Source of the DNA: Ignavibacteriota bacterium
GTDB lineage: Bacteria > Bacteroidota > Ignavibacteria > UBA10030 > UBA6906
Direction of reading: 5' to 3'
DNA: 64,000 nucleotides
Assembly (NCBI GenBank): GCA_963752915.1
Contig: CAVVZZ010000011.1
Span: 42,708 to 106,707 of the forward strand
Positions 36,065-46,387 of this stretch are shown in pieces. Below the pieces are notes generated by a model, which did not search any database, was not told where the DNA came from, and saw nothing but the letters and a program-made list of their open reading frames with translations. Numbering within the stretch: the first letter of the stretch is position 1; the number at the start of each line of letters is the position of its first letter. Made by a program: the position numbers and the translations under genes.

Positions 36065-38686
36065 ATGCTTGCCGCAGCAATTCTGATGTGCGCACTTGCC
36101 GGTGACTCGGCGACCCAGGCCGCTCCTCGTATCGAGGCCGCCCGGCTTACCGAACCCATTGTGATCGATGGGGCGCTGAACGACCCCGCCTGGGCGTCGG
36201 TCCCCGTATTCTCCGGATTCATCCAACGAGACCCTATCGAGAATGCCGCGACGTCGATGAGAACGGAGGTGCGCATCGCCTTCGACGACGGCGCAATCTA
36301 TGTCGCGGCGCGTATGTTCGATACGTCTCCGGATTCCATGACGGTGCGCCTGGGCAGGAGGGACGTCCAGCAAAACGCGGACCTCTTTCAAATCTACTTT
36401 GATACGTACCACGACAAACGATCGGGGTATTATTTCGGCGTGGATGCCGCGGGAACGATGTATGATGGGATTCTGTATAACGATGACTGGAGCGACGATT
36501 CCTGGGACGGTGTCTGGGAGGCAAAAGTCCGACGGGATTCCCGGGGGTGGAGTGCCGAAATGCGGATCCCGTTTTCTCAGCTTCGATTTCAGGACCAGGA
36601 CGTCTATCTCTGGGGCATCGACCTGCGGCGCGATATCGCCCGGCGAAACGAGACGGATTGGGCGGTCTTCACTCCGAAGAATGGCAGCGGGTTCGTTTCA
36701 CGATTCATCAATCTCACGGGGATCCAGGATATCAGTTCGCCTCAGCGCATCGAGGTCCTCCCCTATGTCACAACCCGCGCCGAATATCTTCAACATCCTT
36801 CGGGTGATCCTTTCAACACCGGTTCGCGCTATACCCCGCATCTTGGTGCCGACCTTAAAGTCGGGATCGGCTCGAACATGACGCTCGACGGCACCGTCTA
36901 CCCCGACTTCGGACAGGTGGAAGTCGATCCTGCTGTCGTCAACCTGAGCGATGTGGAGACCTATTTCAATGAGAAGCGGCCGTTCTTCATTGAAGGGTCC
37001 TCGATTTTTAACTTCGGCCGGGGTGGCGCAGTGAATTATTGGGGCTTCAACTGGTCTGATCCCCAGATCTTCTACAGCCGGCGCATCGGGCGCGCCCCGC
37101 AAGGTTCGCTCCCGAGCGCAGACTTTGTCGATGAGCCATCCGGGACAACGATCCTGGGTGCCGCCAAGTTCACCGGGAAGCCGGGTGAGGGATGGAACAT
37201 CGGAGCGATAGAGGCGGTAACCAGGAGAGAGCATGCCGATCTCCAAATGTCCGGCGTTCGCTCCAGCGCCGAAGTCGAGCCGCTGACGTCGTATACGATT
37301 GGTAGGGCGCAGAAGGAGTTTGATGGAGGGCGCGAAGGCCTTGGCGTGATGGGGACGATGACGTCACGGTACTTCGATGACGCGAGTCTTCCACAGCAGC
37401 TGAACTCCAGCTCCGACATCCTCGGGGTTGATGGATGGTCGTTTCTTGATAGCAGCAGGACCTGGGTACTGACAGGGTGGGGTGCCGGCTCCCTCGCACG
37501 GGGGACGCCGGAGAGGATGATCGCGCTTCAGACCAGTTCGCAACATTACCGTCAGCGCCCGGATGCGACGATCGACCGCATCGACAGCAACGCAACGTCG
37601 CTTGCAGGTTATGCCGGGAGGCTGATGCTGGTAAAACAAAAGGGGGACTTCTTCCTCAATTCGGCGTTCGGGATCATTAACCCACGGTTCGACAATAGCG
37701 ATCTGGGATTCCTGTGGCGTGCCGACGTGATCAACACGCATTTCGGGGCAGGGTATCAGTGGACGAATCCGACGGATTGGTATCGCAGCATGTCAACGAT
37801 GGGAGCGATCTTCCGGTCGTTCAATTTTGACGGAGTCACCACGTGGGAGGGAGTCTATGCCAGCCTGAACTATCAGTTGCTCAATTATTACACGTTGTAT
37901 GTCGACTGGGCCTACAACCCGTGGACCACGAATGACCGCAGAACGCGCGGCGGGCCTCTTACGCTGAACCCCAAAGGTTATCAAATCGACTTCCAGGCGC
38001 AATCGGACGGGAGAAAAGACGTCGTCGGGAACATCTCACTCTTCTACTACCGTGACAGGGAGGCAAGCTGGTCCCTGGTCGCCTCGCTGGATATGCACCC
38101 GCTGCCGAATCTGGAAATCAGCATCGGCCCGGAAATGGACAAGAATAGTGACTATGCACAGTGGGTAGGCGCATTTGCCGACCCATCGGCAGGCCCGACG
38201 TTTGGGAACCGGTATATTTTCGCCCTTCTTGATCAGACGACGCTTTCTGCAAACATCAGAGTGAATTGGACTTTTACCCCACAACTAAGTTTCCAGCTGT
38301 ATCTTCAACCCCTGGTCTCCTCCGCCTCGTACAGGGATTTCCGTTCCCTCAATCGTCCAGGATCGTATGACTTCCTGACCTACGGGACAAATGGATCAAC
38401 GATCGCCAACAACAACGGAGAGATCACTGTGGACCAAGATGGGAATGGGCCATCGGCTCCCATCGGGTTTTCCGATCCCAGTTTCACATTCTGGTCTCTT
38501 CGGGGAAATGCCGTGTTGCGATGGGAATACACTCCCGGTTCAACTCTGTATTTTGTGTGGACACAGACTCGCTCGGAGTCTGATCAGTGGGAGAATACCC
38601 CGTTTCGCACTTCCTTTCAAAGACTAGTGAGCATTCAACCTGACAACATTTTTATGATCAAAATGACATACTGGTGGAACAAGTGA
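36065..38686 (+). CDS. large envelope protein with CBM9-like N-domain and DUF5916-like beta-rich body
   Basis: Start re-set to 'MLAAAILMCALAGDSATQAAP' (stop-start 'TAGCATG' junction with upstream gene). 'EVRIAFDDGAIYVAARMFD...DLFQIYFDTYHDKRSGYYFGV' resembles the CBM9/DOMON-like module that precedes DUF5916. Confidence 0.5.
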   Translation: MLAAAILMCALAGDSATQAAPRIEAARLTEPIVIDGALNDPAWASVPVFSGFIQRDPIENAATSMRTEVRIAFDDGAIYVAARMFDTSPDSMTVRLGRRDVQQNADLFQIYFDTYHDKRSGYYFGVDAAGTMYDGILYNDDWSDDSWDGVWEAKVRRDSRGWSAEMRIPFSQLRFQDQDVYLWGIDLRRDIARRNETDWAVFTPKNGSGFVSRFINLTGIQDISSPQRIEVLPYVTTRAEYLQHPSGDPFNTGSRYTPHLGADLKVGIGSNMTLDGTVYPDFGQVEVDPAVVNLSDVETYFNEKRPFFIEGSSIFNFGRGGAVNYWGFNWSDPQIFYSRRIGRAPQGSLPSADFVDEPSGTTILGAAKFTGKPGEGWNIGAIEAVTRREHADLQMSGVRSSAEVEPLTSYTIGRAQKEFDGGREGLGVMGTMTSRYFDDASLPQQLNSSSDILGVDGWSFLDSSRTWVLTGWGAGSLARGTPERMIALQTSSQHYRQRPDATIDRIDSNATSLAGYAGRLMLVKQKGDFFLNSAFGIINPRFDNSDLGFLWRADVINTHFGAGYQWTNPTDWYRSMSTMGAIFRSFNFDGVTTWEGVYASLNYQLLNYYTLYVDWAYNPWTTNDRRTRGGPLTLNPKGYQIDFQAQSDGRKDVVGNISLFYYRDREASWSLVASLDMHPLPNLEISIGPEMDKNSDYAQWVGAFADPSAGPTFGNRYIFALLDQTTLSANIRVNWTFTPQLSFQLYLQPLVSSASYRDFRSLNRPGSYDFLTYGTNGSTIANNNGEITVDQDGNGPSAPIGFSDPSFTFWSLRGNAVLRWEYTPGSTLYFVWTQTRSESDQWENTPFRTSFQRLVSIQPDNIFMIKMTYWWNK

Positions 38687-39029
38687 GTCACTTCACATCG
38701 CATAGTTTTTGCGGATTCGTGGTATAATGGGAACTCGTTAAAAAGCTCCCGCGTTGAGGAGATGGAGGCTTCATAGGACTATTGTCCTCCGTCGGTTCCT
38801 GATCCCCGTTTTTCCCCTCCCGGCTTGCTGGCGGCTGATAAAGAGGAGCCTGTCCGTGAGAAATCCGGGGGATTGTAATGAGCGTCTTGCTCCGTTCTGA
38901 ATCCACGCCGTTCGGTTTATCGCTCTCCCCGACTACTCCCGCCCCACTTCCCGTCTTAAGATCGTCTCGATCCATAGTTGTCTTCAGTTCTGCGGTGGCG
39001 TTCATCAAAATATTCATGGGGGAGGAACA

Positions 39030-41051
39030 ATGATGCGATTACGTTGGTATGGTATTCCCGTCCTGCTCTTATGTTTGGCGGGGACGTTCTCAAATGCGCA
39101 GACGTTGCCGGCACCTTCCGGCTTGAGCGGATCCGTGCAATTCCACGACGGGGGGAGCCCCAGTGTCGTTTTGACCTGGCACGCGATGTCAATGAGTGGA
39201 GACCCCGTCTTTGAGGTGTTTCGGTCGGAGGACGACACGAATCACTTCATGCTACAGGCGCAGGAAAACGGAACCTTCTACGCAGACCGCGATGTCAGCC
39301 TGGGTCACGTCTATTTCTATTTCGTGGATGAAAGGACATCACATAATGGAGTGGACGCTTCCAGCGGTCCGAGCAATGTCGTAAGTGTTTCCGTCGCCGG
39401 TGATGGGATGACCACGCCGCACGGTTTCATCAGTGGAACAGTGACGGACAGTGTGACCGGGAATCCTCTGGCCGGGATTCACCTTGCTTTCTTCCGCGCT
39501 TCCTCGGATGAGGACTGGGGTAGTCAATCGTGGACGGATAGCGCCGGTCATTTCCGGGTCGTTCTCGACACCGGCTCGTACGTGATTCACGCGGAACAAT
39601 TTCATATGGAGGAATCCGACCACTGGCCAATGATGGGAGCAAGGTATGCCCCCGAGTGGTTCGACGACTCTCCGGATGCCGAACACGCAGCGAGAGTGAG
39701 CGTGGCGGACAGTTCCGAGTTCACAGCAGATTTTGATCTTAAGCCCCTCGTCCTGCCGACGCTTGCTTCCGTCAGCGGCATCGTGACCGATACGTCGGGT
39801 GCGGTATTGGAAGGCGCGACGGTGGTCTTCACGCGTTCAATCGGGGAAATGGAAGTCATCGGCGCCGCCGGCGGAGACAGCACGATGCTGCATGGTGAGG
39901 ACGCCGACATCGACGGATTCGGTCGCTGGCACGGCGCGATGTGGAAAGGGACAACTGATTCGCTCGGTCACTATACCGCACATGTCGCTGCGGGGAGAAC
40001 CTACACTGCCTTCGCTTTCAAGGAGGGGTATCTCCCGCAATTCTCCAGGGATGAAACCGACCCGCGAAAGGCTGACCCGATTGTCGTCTCCGGCGATACA
40101 TCCGGCGTAGACTTTTCTCTCACGCCGAAAACGGTGTTTCAAAACAGCATCACAGGGATGGTCCACGACTCTTCGGGAGCGGGAGTGGCCTCGCGCGTCC
40201 TTCTCGTGACGGCCAATCATGGATCGTCGAAGCACGCAGCAAGGTTTGTCTCAACGGATTCGGCAGGGGCGTTCAGTTTCACCAACATCGTCCCCGGAAC
40301 CTACTTTGTGATGGTCATACCCTTCGATCACTTCGCCCCGGCGTTCTACAAGGCAAACGAATGCGGGATCATGCGGTGGCAGGATGCAGATTCTCTCGTT
40401 GTGTCCGGGAGCAGCAACATGACGGGGATTGATGTGTGCGTCGACGTGTTCGCCGGCGCCGGCATGGCGAGCGTTTCTGGAAAAGTCCTATCGTCGGGGA
40501 GCGCGCTCCCGGGTGCAAATGTATTTGCTCTCAACGCATCCGGTGCCGCAGTGGGATACGCGGTCTCGGACGCACAGGGGGCATATACCATCGCTGCAGT
40601 TCCTCCGGGACAACTGTCGATTCTTGCTGATCAGCCGGGGTATCAGGATTCTCGTTCGGGGGTTCTCGTTGCTGCTGGTCAGTCGAGCGTCGGCGGGATG
40701 AACCTTTCCCTCGCGTCGATTACGACAACAGTGGATCCCACCCCGGCAGTGCCGACTGTGTTCTCGCTCGGTCAGAATTACCCGAATCCGTTCAACCCGA
40801 GCACGCAAATACAATATGCGCTGCCAGATCCGAGCAATGTCCAGCTCATCGTCTACAATCTCCTCGGGCAGGAGATCAGACTTCTGTCCAGCGGATTCCA
40901 GGCCTCCGGTGGTCATACTGTCACCTGGGACGGAAAGGACAAAATTGGCCGTTCGGTGTCGAGCGGAATTTACCTCTACCGCCTGCACGCCGTAAGCATC
41001 GACGGTGCAAATACCTTCACGATGGTCCGGAAAATGGTCGTCATCAGATAG
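39030..41051 (+). CDS. secreted T9SS cargo protein with four CarboxypepD_reg-like (Cna-B-type) domains
   Basis: Signal peptide 'MMRLRWYGIPVLLLCLAGTFSNAQ'. 'ISGTVTDSVTGNPLAGIHLAFF', 'VSGIVTDTSGAVLEGATVVF', 'ITGMVHDSSGAGVASRVLLV', 'VSGKVLSSGSALPGANVFAL'. CTD 'FSLGQNYPNPFNPSTQIQYALP...YLYRLHAVSIDGANTFTMVRKMVVIR'. Confidence 0.75.
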   Translation: MMRLRWYGIPVLLLCLAGTFSNAQTLPAPSGLSGSVQFHDGGSPSVVLTWHAMSMSGDPVFEVFRSEDDTNHFMLQAQENGTFYADRDVSLGHVYFYFVDERTSHNGVDASSGPSNVVSVSVAGDGMTTPHGFISGTVTDSVTGNPLAGIHLAFFRASSDEDWGSQSWTDSAGHFRVVLDTGSYVIHAEQFHMEESDHWPMMGARYAPEWFDDSPDAEHAARVSVADSSEFTADFDLKPLVLPTLASVSGIVTDTSGAVLEGATVVFTRSIGEMEVIGAAGGDSTMLHGEDADIDGFGRWHGAMWKGTTDSLGHYTAHVAAGRTYTAFAFKEGYLPQFSRDETDPRKADPIVVSGDTSGVDFSLTPKTVFQNSITGMVHDSSGAGVASRVLLVTANHGSSKHAARFVSTDSAGAFSFTNIVPGTYFVMVIPFDHFAPAFYKANECGIMRWQDADSLVVSGSSNMTGIDVCVDVFAGAGMASVSGKVLSSGSALPGANVFALNASGAAVGYAVSDAQGAYTIAAVPPGQLSILADQPGYQDSRSGVLVAAGQSSVGGMNLSLASITTTVDPTPAVPTVFSLGQNYPNPFNPSTQIQYALPDPSNVQLIVYNLLGQEIRLLSSGFQASGGHTVTWDGKDKIGRSVSSGIYLYRLHAVSIDGANTFTMVRKMVVIR

Positions 41052-41087
41052 TTTGATCTGCCGGGTTTCCCGAGCGCCGCCTGCTCG

Positions 41088-41130
41088 CGAAAAGGGGAGA
41101 GGAACCTTCGGGATGCTCTTCCCTTTTTCT
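41088..41130 (+). terminator. rho-independent terminator-like hairpin + T-tract downstream of the 39030-41051 gene
   Basis: 'gaaaaggggagagg-aaccttcgggatg-ctcttccctttttctt': imperfect 11-12-bp stem followed by TTTTTCTT. Confidence 0.5.
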
Positions 41131-41358
41131 TGTCTCCCTGTATTGACTCCGACCGTCCCCCAGCCGATCGCGACCTTCGAAACTTGGGAAAAGAAGGGCT
41201 GGCTCATCACTTTTGTACTTGATACTCATCGTTTGGTTTAGTAATTTAGGCAAATGTCGCAGTTGTCCCTCACATTCCGTTGACCGGTTTCCTCACTTCA
41301 CCGGCGAATCGCCCAGGAAGGCGCGCATTAACCCTCTCGCACACTTGAAGGCCGCCCC

Positions 41359-42657
41359 ATGAATCGAGCCCTGTCTGTTGGTTGTTTGCTGATTGGACTA
41401 GCCGGCACCGCTGTGGCGCAATCCGGAGCTTCGCGGATTGACACGGGCGATACGACCTGGATGCTCGTCGCCACCGCCTTCGTCATGCTGATGACTCCCG
41501 GCCTTGCACTCTTCTACGCCGGCATGGTGCGGAAGAAGAACGTCCTCGGCACCTTCATGCAGAGTTTCATCGCACTCGGTGTGATCACACTCCTTTGGGT
41601 GCTCTACGGTTACAGCCTGGCGTTCGGCCCGTCCACGGGAGGATTCATCGGCAATTTCGATTGGATCGGGCTGCGCAATGTCGGGCTCGACCCGAATCCT
41701 GCCTACGCGCCGACGATTCCGCATCAGCTCTTCATGCTGTTTCAGATGATGTTCGCGGTCATCACCCCTGCGCTCATCACCGGCGCAATGGCAGAACGAA
41801 TGAAATTCAGCGCGTATCTCCTGTTTCTCATCCTCTGGTCGACCTTCGTCTACATTCCTCTCGCACATTGGGTCTGGGGGGTGGGCGGATGGATTCGCAA
41901 TCTCGGAGCGCTCGATTTTGCCGGCGGACTCGTCGTTCATATCTCATCAGGAGTCGCTGCACTCGCGGCGGCGTTGGTTCTCGGGACAAGGAAAGGGTAC
42001 CTGCGAGAATTGACTCCTCCCCACAATATGACAATGACGGTCCTGGGTGCCGCTCTTCTCTGGTTCGGGTGGTTTGGATTCAATGCCGGCAGTGCGGTTG
42101 CCTCAGGTGCGCTTGCGGTCTCGGCATTTGCCGCAACACATATTTCCTCTGCCGCGGCAACGGTTTCCTGGACACTGGTCGAATGGTGGCATAGGGGGAA
42201 ACCGACAGTGCTCGGGGCGGTTTCGGGATCTGTTGCCGGACTTGTGGCAATAACGCCCGCCTGCGGGTTCGTCGGACCAATGCCGGCGCTGATCATCGGA
42301 CTGTTCGCCGGCGTGGTGTGCTACTTCGGGATCAGTCTGAAGGGGAAGTTCGGTTACGATGATTCACTCGATGCCGTGGGAGTCCATGGTGTCGGCGGCA
42401 CGTTCGGAGCGCTTGCGACCGGGCTCTTTGCATCGAAAGCGATCAATGCCGCCGGCGCGGATGGTCTGTTCTTTGGGAATCCATCGCTCCTCCTCATCCA
42501 GGCGGGAAGTGTGGCTGCTGCGATCGTCTATTCGTTTGTCGTGAGCTGGCTTCTTCTCAAGGTAACGGACAAGGTTATCGGTCTCCGGGTTGATATCCAG
42601 CATGAAGTCGAAGGTCTCGACCTCAGTCAACATGGAGAAACCGGGTATACGATGTAA
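41359..42657 (+). CDS. amt: ammonium transporter (Amt/MEP/Rh family)
   Basis: Signal-like N-terminus, 11 TM helices. 'DTGDTTWMLVATAFVMLMTPGLALFYAGMVRKKNVL', 'DFAGGLVVHISSG', 'GVHGVGGTFGALATGLFA' are classic AmtB signatures. Confidence 0.9.
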   Translation: MNRALSVGCLLIGLAGTAVAQSGASRIDTGDTTWMLVATAFVMLMTPGLALFYAGMVRKKNVLGTFMQSFIALGVITLLWVLYGYSLAFGPSTGGFIGNFDWIGLRNVGLDPNPAYAPTIPHQLFMLFQMMFAVITPALITGAMAERMKFSAYLLFLILWSTFVYIPLAHWVWGVGGWIRNLGALDFAGGLVVHISSGVAALAAALVLGTRKGYLRELTPPHNMTMTVLGAALLWFGWFGFNAGSAVASGALAVSAFAATHISSAAATVSWTLVEWWHRGKPTVLGAVSGSVAGLVAITPACGFVGPMPALIIGLFAGVVCYFGISLKGKFGYDDSLDAVGVHGVGGTFGALATGLFASKAINAAGADGLFFGNPSLLLIQAGSVAAAIVYSFVVSWLLLKVTDKVIGLRVDIQHEVEGLDLSQHGETGYTM

Positions 42658-42790
42658 GAAGCAATCACGTGATGCCGGGCATCTGGACGGGCCAGGGACT
42701 CAGTGGAGGGACATGCGTGGCGATCACGATGACTGAGACGAGCCCGGTTCCTGGGAACATCGAGGCCGATCGCGTTGTCCGGTACTTGCC

Positions 42791-45700
42791 TCAGGAGATG
42801 ACTGCGGGGAAGACGACCGTGAATTTTGTCCCTACGGTTGTTTCGATCCCGAGCGAACCGGAAATCTGTTCAACAAGATCAGAGACAAGTGCCATCCCCA
42901 GCGTCCCGGTCTTCTTGAGATCGACAGTTTTCGGGAATCCGATACCGTTATCTTGCACGATCAACTCCGCCGATTTGCGGTCGCGTCGGCGAAGAATCAC
43001 TGAGACTTCACCGTGACGATTGTCAGGGAACCCATGCTTGAAGGCATTGGAAACGAGCTCATTGACGATGAGGCCGCAAGGAATGGCTGCGTCCACGCTC
43101 AAGACGAGCCTTTCGGCATTCACGGTGCAGTTGACTTCTCTTCGACCGTACGAGTGTTGAAGTTCCGTCGTGACAGCCGACAGGTACTCGCCGAAGTCAA
43201 TTGCTGCCATGTTCTGGGACCGATACAATTTGTCATGGACGAGGGCCATCGAACGAATCCTGTTCATGCTCGCCTTGAACATCTCTTTTGTTCGCGGGTC
43301 TTCAACATGTTCTGACTCGAGGCTCAGGAGGCTGGAGATCACCTGCATATTGTTCTTCACGCGGTGGTGGATTTCCTTCAGAAGAAGTTCTTTCTCCGCA
43401 AGGGACTGGCGGATTTGCTCAGCGCGGGCTTTCCTGCCAGTGATATCCTCCTTTACTGCCACGAAGTGTGAGATTACCCCGAGAGCGTCCCGGATGGGGG
43501 AGATCGATGCCGCTTCCCAGAACAATTCCCCGTTCTTGCGACGATTGTGAAATTCGCCATGCCATTCCTGCCCCGCATTCAGCGCCTTCCACATCAAGCG
43601 ATAGCCTTCGGCGGGCGTTTCGCCTGATTTGAGAATGCGCGGATTGTGGCCGATCACCTCCGAGGAGGAATAGCCGGTGACTTCGGAAAATTTCGGGTTG
43701 ACATAGACGATTGATCCCTTGGTATCGGTGACGATCACCGATACCGGACTCTGCTCGACGACGTGCGAGAGCCGCAGCAGATCATTGAGTGCCCGAATGC
43801 GGTCGGTAATATCCCGCGTCACAATTACTGCCTCTTTTGCTGTCCCGTCGGAAGCATGAATGAGCGCCGCATGGACTTCCGCCTGAAAATGATTTCCCCC
43901 CGTCCTTCGCAATGTGTACTCTTCCTCCAGGAGCGTTCCCCGGGTCAGGATGGACTGAATATTCGTCACCGCCCGTTGCCGATCGGTTTCTGCAACCCAC
44001 TCGAAGACGCTTCGCCCGATCACGTTCGTCCCTGCCGGGACATTGAACAATTCGAGCGTCTTCGGAGAAATGAACGTGATATTCCCAGCGAGATCAGTGA
44101 CGGTAACGGCGTCCGGCGATGCGTAAATCAGCGTTCGGTAGCGTTCTTCGCTGTCGCGCAAGGCGGCTTCCGCCTGTTCACGCTCGAGCTGCGAGTGAAT
44201 GCGATCCAGAGAGACCGCCATGTGACTCGCCATGGAGGCCAGGAATTCCTTTTCCGTCTCCGATGGTACGCGGACGCCTTCGTCGCCGAACGTCCCGGTC
44301 CCGACGTGTCCGATGTGTCTGTCGAAGATCATGATCGGGACATGGACGATAGTATGCAGTGCATGGCGGCTTGTGATGTCCTGGTTCGATCGATTGTCCA
44401 AAGCTGCTTCGGGAATCACCAGCACGTCTTTCGTGGCAATCGTCGCTTCAAGGACCTTGTCGCCCTTGATCTTCAGTTTCCGAACATCCGGCGCGAAAGC
44501 TCTTCCGCTGGAAACAAGGGCCTCCGCATACTCCATGTCTCGTGTGTACAGATAGACCCAGAGTAACTGATATCCCGTAATCGCCTTCAGTTCAACAAGC
44601 GCTGCATCCAGGATTTCGGTGTAGGTCGACGCGCGTTCAAGATTCTTTGAGAGCCGGAGCAAAGCCTGCGATATGCGATCACGTTCCTTGAGGGCCTCTT
44701 CTGCGCGGGCACGATCGGTTTCGTCGCTTGAGGCGACCAGAATTCCCTGGCCGCCGTCGGGGAGAGGGACAACCTTCTCCCTGAGAAGCATCTGCCGGGG
44801 AGTCCCATCGCGCGCCAGATTGATGACCTGATGTACAAGGACTTTTGCCGAAAGGACCTCCTCAATGTTTCGGTCAACACTGTCAAGCTGCGCGCGCGGA
44901 ACCAGGATCCGAACATTTTTACCGATCAATTCTTCGCGCGTATACTGGAAAATACGACAGAGTGCGTCGTTCACCTCCAGAATGGTCCCCGAGAGATCCT
45001 GAAGGAGAATTGCCGAGGGCGAAAGCTCGAATAGTGTCTGGTACCGTCGTTCGCGTTCGGCGAGCGCATCCTGAACTTTTCTCGTTTCCGCCGCGACGTC
45101 GTCGCGTCCCCTCAACGTCCGCCGGGCAACTATTCCTGTGGCGAGATCCAGGGCCAATTGCTCAAGGAGGTGCATTTCCTCGGGCTCGAACGCGGTCTCG
45201 TCGGTGCAGGAAATATTCAGGATCCCCAGGACGTTCGTGGAATGGAGAAGCGGAAGACTGATGATATGGGAGGGTTGCTCCTTCCCCATCTTTGCGGGAT
45301 CGGAAAACATGGCTGTGTCCGGGCCGTACCGGGCCACGGGTAGTACCGCGTCGTTCTGCCCACTGTCAATGAGTCCAACCCAGGCCGACTGGTAACCTCC
45401 GCTTTCCACGATCACCCTGCAGACATCCGAGAGCATCTCGGATTCGCGATTCGACTCAAGAATCAGATGGCCCGAGTTGGCGAGGGTGTGAAGCGCCCTA
45501 TTGACCTTTCGCAATTCTTCCTGCGCCTTTCTCCGGTCGGAAGCGTCGTCGGATGAAAAGAGAACGTATTTCACGTCACCCGCCGCATCACTGATCGGGT
45601 GGAGCGTCCAGTCCCAATAGGTGGTTCCACGTTCGGGCTGAGCCGGGAAGGTGACTGACCGTGCTTCGAGTTGAACCGGTTCCTTTGTCCGCACAACTTC

Positions 45701-46387
45701 GTCCAGGATTCTCAGCAGATTCTTGAAGGAGTGGGTGTCGCGTGAAAGAACATCGGCAAGGAGGCGGCCTCGTGGTTCCGTACCCTTCGTCCCGAAATTT
45801 CTCGTCCAGGCTGGATTCGCGTGAACGATCCGATACTCGCGATCCAGAATGACGACGCTGCTATTGGATTGAGCATAGATCGTGCCGAAAGCGACGGAGA
45901 GGTCGAGAGTGGAAGTGTTCTGCTGAGGAGAAATGTCGCCCGAAGAGGTCACTGTCGCCGCCACGAGGAGCCGTCGGTTTTCAGATGGGCGACCGATTAA
46001 CGAGACGTTCACACGATCCGAGTCTTTTGTTATCAGTGTGCAAAAGGTTTCGCTTTCTTTCGCGCGTCGGAGTCGCGTGAGGAGTTGTTGCGCCGCTCTT
46101 GACGTTTGCGCTTCGATGAACTCCTGGAACTTGTGCCCGAGGGTTTCCCGCCGGGAGCGTCGGAGGATCGCGCAAGCAATAGCATTGATATCAACGACTT
46201 TGCCCGCGCCGTCCAAAAGGAATAGCCCGTCTTTTGACGACCGGGACAACGTTCGGCGGGTGTGAGCCTTCGGTGGGTTTTGTCTGGCTCGTGCTTTCCG
46301 GATGGATCTGGATGGCGTCATAGGAATGGCGTTCTGGGACCGCCCTAGGGACAGACTCAAGATATGCCTTCCTTCAGACTGAATCAA
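42791..46387 (-). CDS. multi-PAS/GAF sensor histidine kinase, HisKA_2 (HWE-like) type, no receiver
   Basis: C-terminus 'EKELLLKEIHHRVKNNMQVISSLLSL...AIPCGLIVNELVSNAFKHGFP...QDNGIGFP...GTLGMALVSDLVEQI'. Upstream there are several PAS-like blocks and at least one GAF-like block. 1198 aa; the real start may be internal. Confidence 0.8.
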   Translation of the reverse strand: MIQSEGRHILSLSLGRSQNAIPMTPSRSIRKARARQNPPKAHTRRTLSRSSKDGLFLLDGAGKVVDINAIACAILRRSRRETLGHKFQEFIEAQTSRAAQQLLTRLRRAKESETFCTLITKDSDRVNVSLIGRPSENRRLLVAATVTSSGDISPQQNTSTLDLSVAFGTIYAQSNSSVVILDREYRIVHANPAWTRNFGTKGTEPRGRLLADVLSRDTHSFKNLLRILDEVVRTKEPVQLEARSVTFPAQPERGTTYWDWTLHPISDAAGDVKYVLFSSDDASDRRKAQEELRKVNRALHTLANSGHLILESNRESEMLSDVCRVIVESGGYQSAWVGLIDSGQNDAVLPVARYGPDTAMFSDPAKMGKEQPSHIISLPLLHSTNVLGILNISCTDETAFEPEEMHLLEQLALDLATGIVARRTLRGRDDVAAETRKVQDALAERERRYQTLFELSPSAILLQDLSGTILEVNDALCRIFQYTREELIGKNVRILVPRAQLDSVDRNIEEVLSAKVLVHQVINLARDGTPRQMLLREKVVPLPDGGQGILVASSDETDRARAEEALKERDRISQALLRLSKNLERASTYTEILDAALVELKAITGYQLLWVYLYTRDMEYAEALVSSGRAFAPDVRKLKIKGDKVLEATIATKDVLVIPEAALDNRSNQDITSRHALHTIVHVPIMIFDRHIGHVGTGTFGDEGVRVPSETEKEFLASMASHMAVSLDRIHSQLEREQAEAALRDSEERYRTLIYASPDAVTVTDLAGNITFISPKTLELFNVPAGTNVIGRSVFEWVAETDRQRAVTNIQSILTRGTLLEEEYTLRRTGGNHFQAEVHAALIHASDGTAKEAVIVTRDITDRIRALNDLLRLSHVVEQSPVSVIVTDTKGSIVYVNPKFSEVTGYSSSEVIGHNPRILKSGETPAEGYRLMWKALNAGQEWHGEFHNRRKNGELFWEAASISPIRDALGVISHFVAVKEDITGRKARAEQIRQSLAEKELLLKEIHHRVKNNMQVISSLLSLESEHVEDPRTKEMFKASMNRIRSMALVHDKLYRSQNMAAIDFGEYLSAVTTELQHSYGRREVNCTVNAERLVLSVDAAIPCGLIVNELVSNAFKHGFPDNRHGEVSVILRRRDRKSAELIVQDNGIGFPKTVDLKKTGTLGMALVSDLVEQISGSLGIETTVGTKFTVVFPAVIS

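Noticed and set aside
41130-41358. Looked for a sigma54 (-24 GG / -12 GC) promoter or TTGACA/TATAAT pair upstream of amt
   Set aside because: The closest candidate, 'cgcacacttga', has wrong spacing (2 nt instead of about 5 between the elements). No confident promoter could be called by eye.
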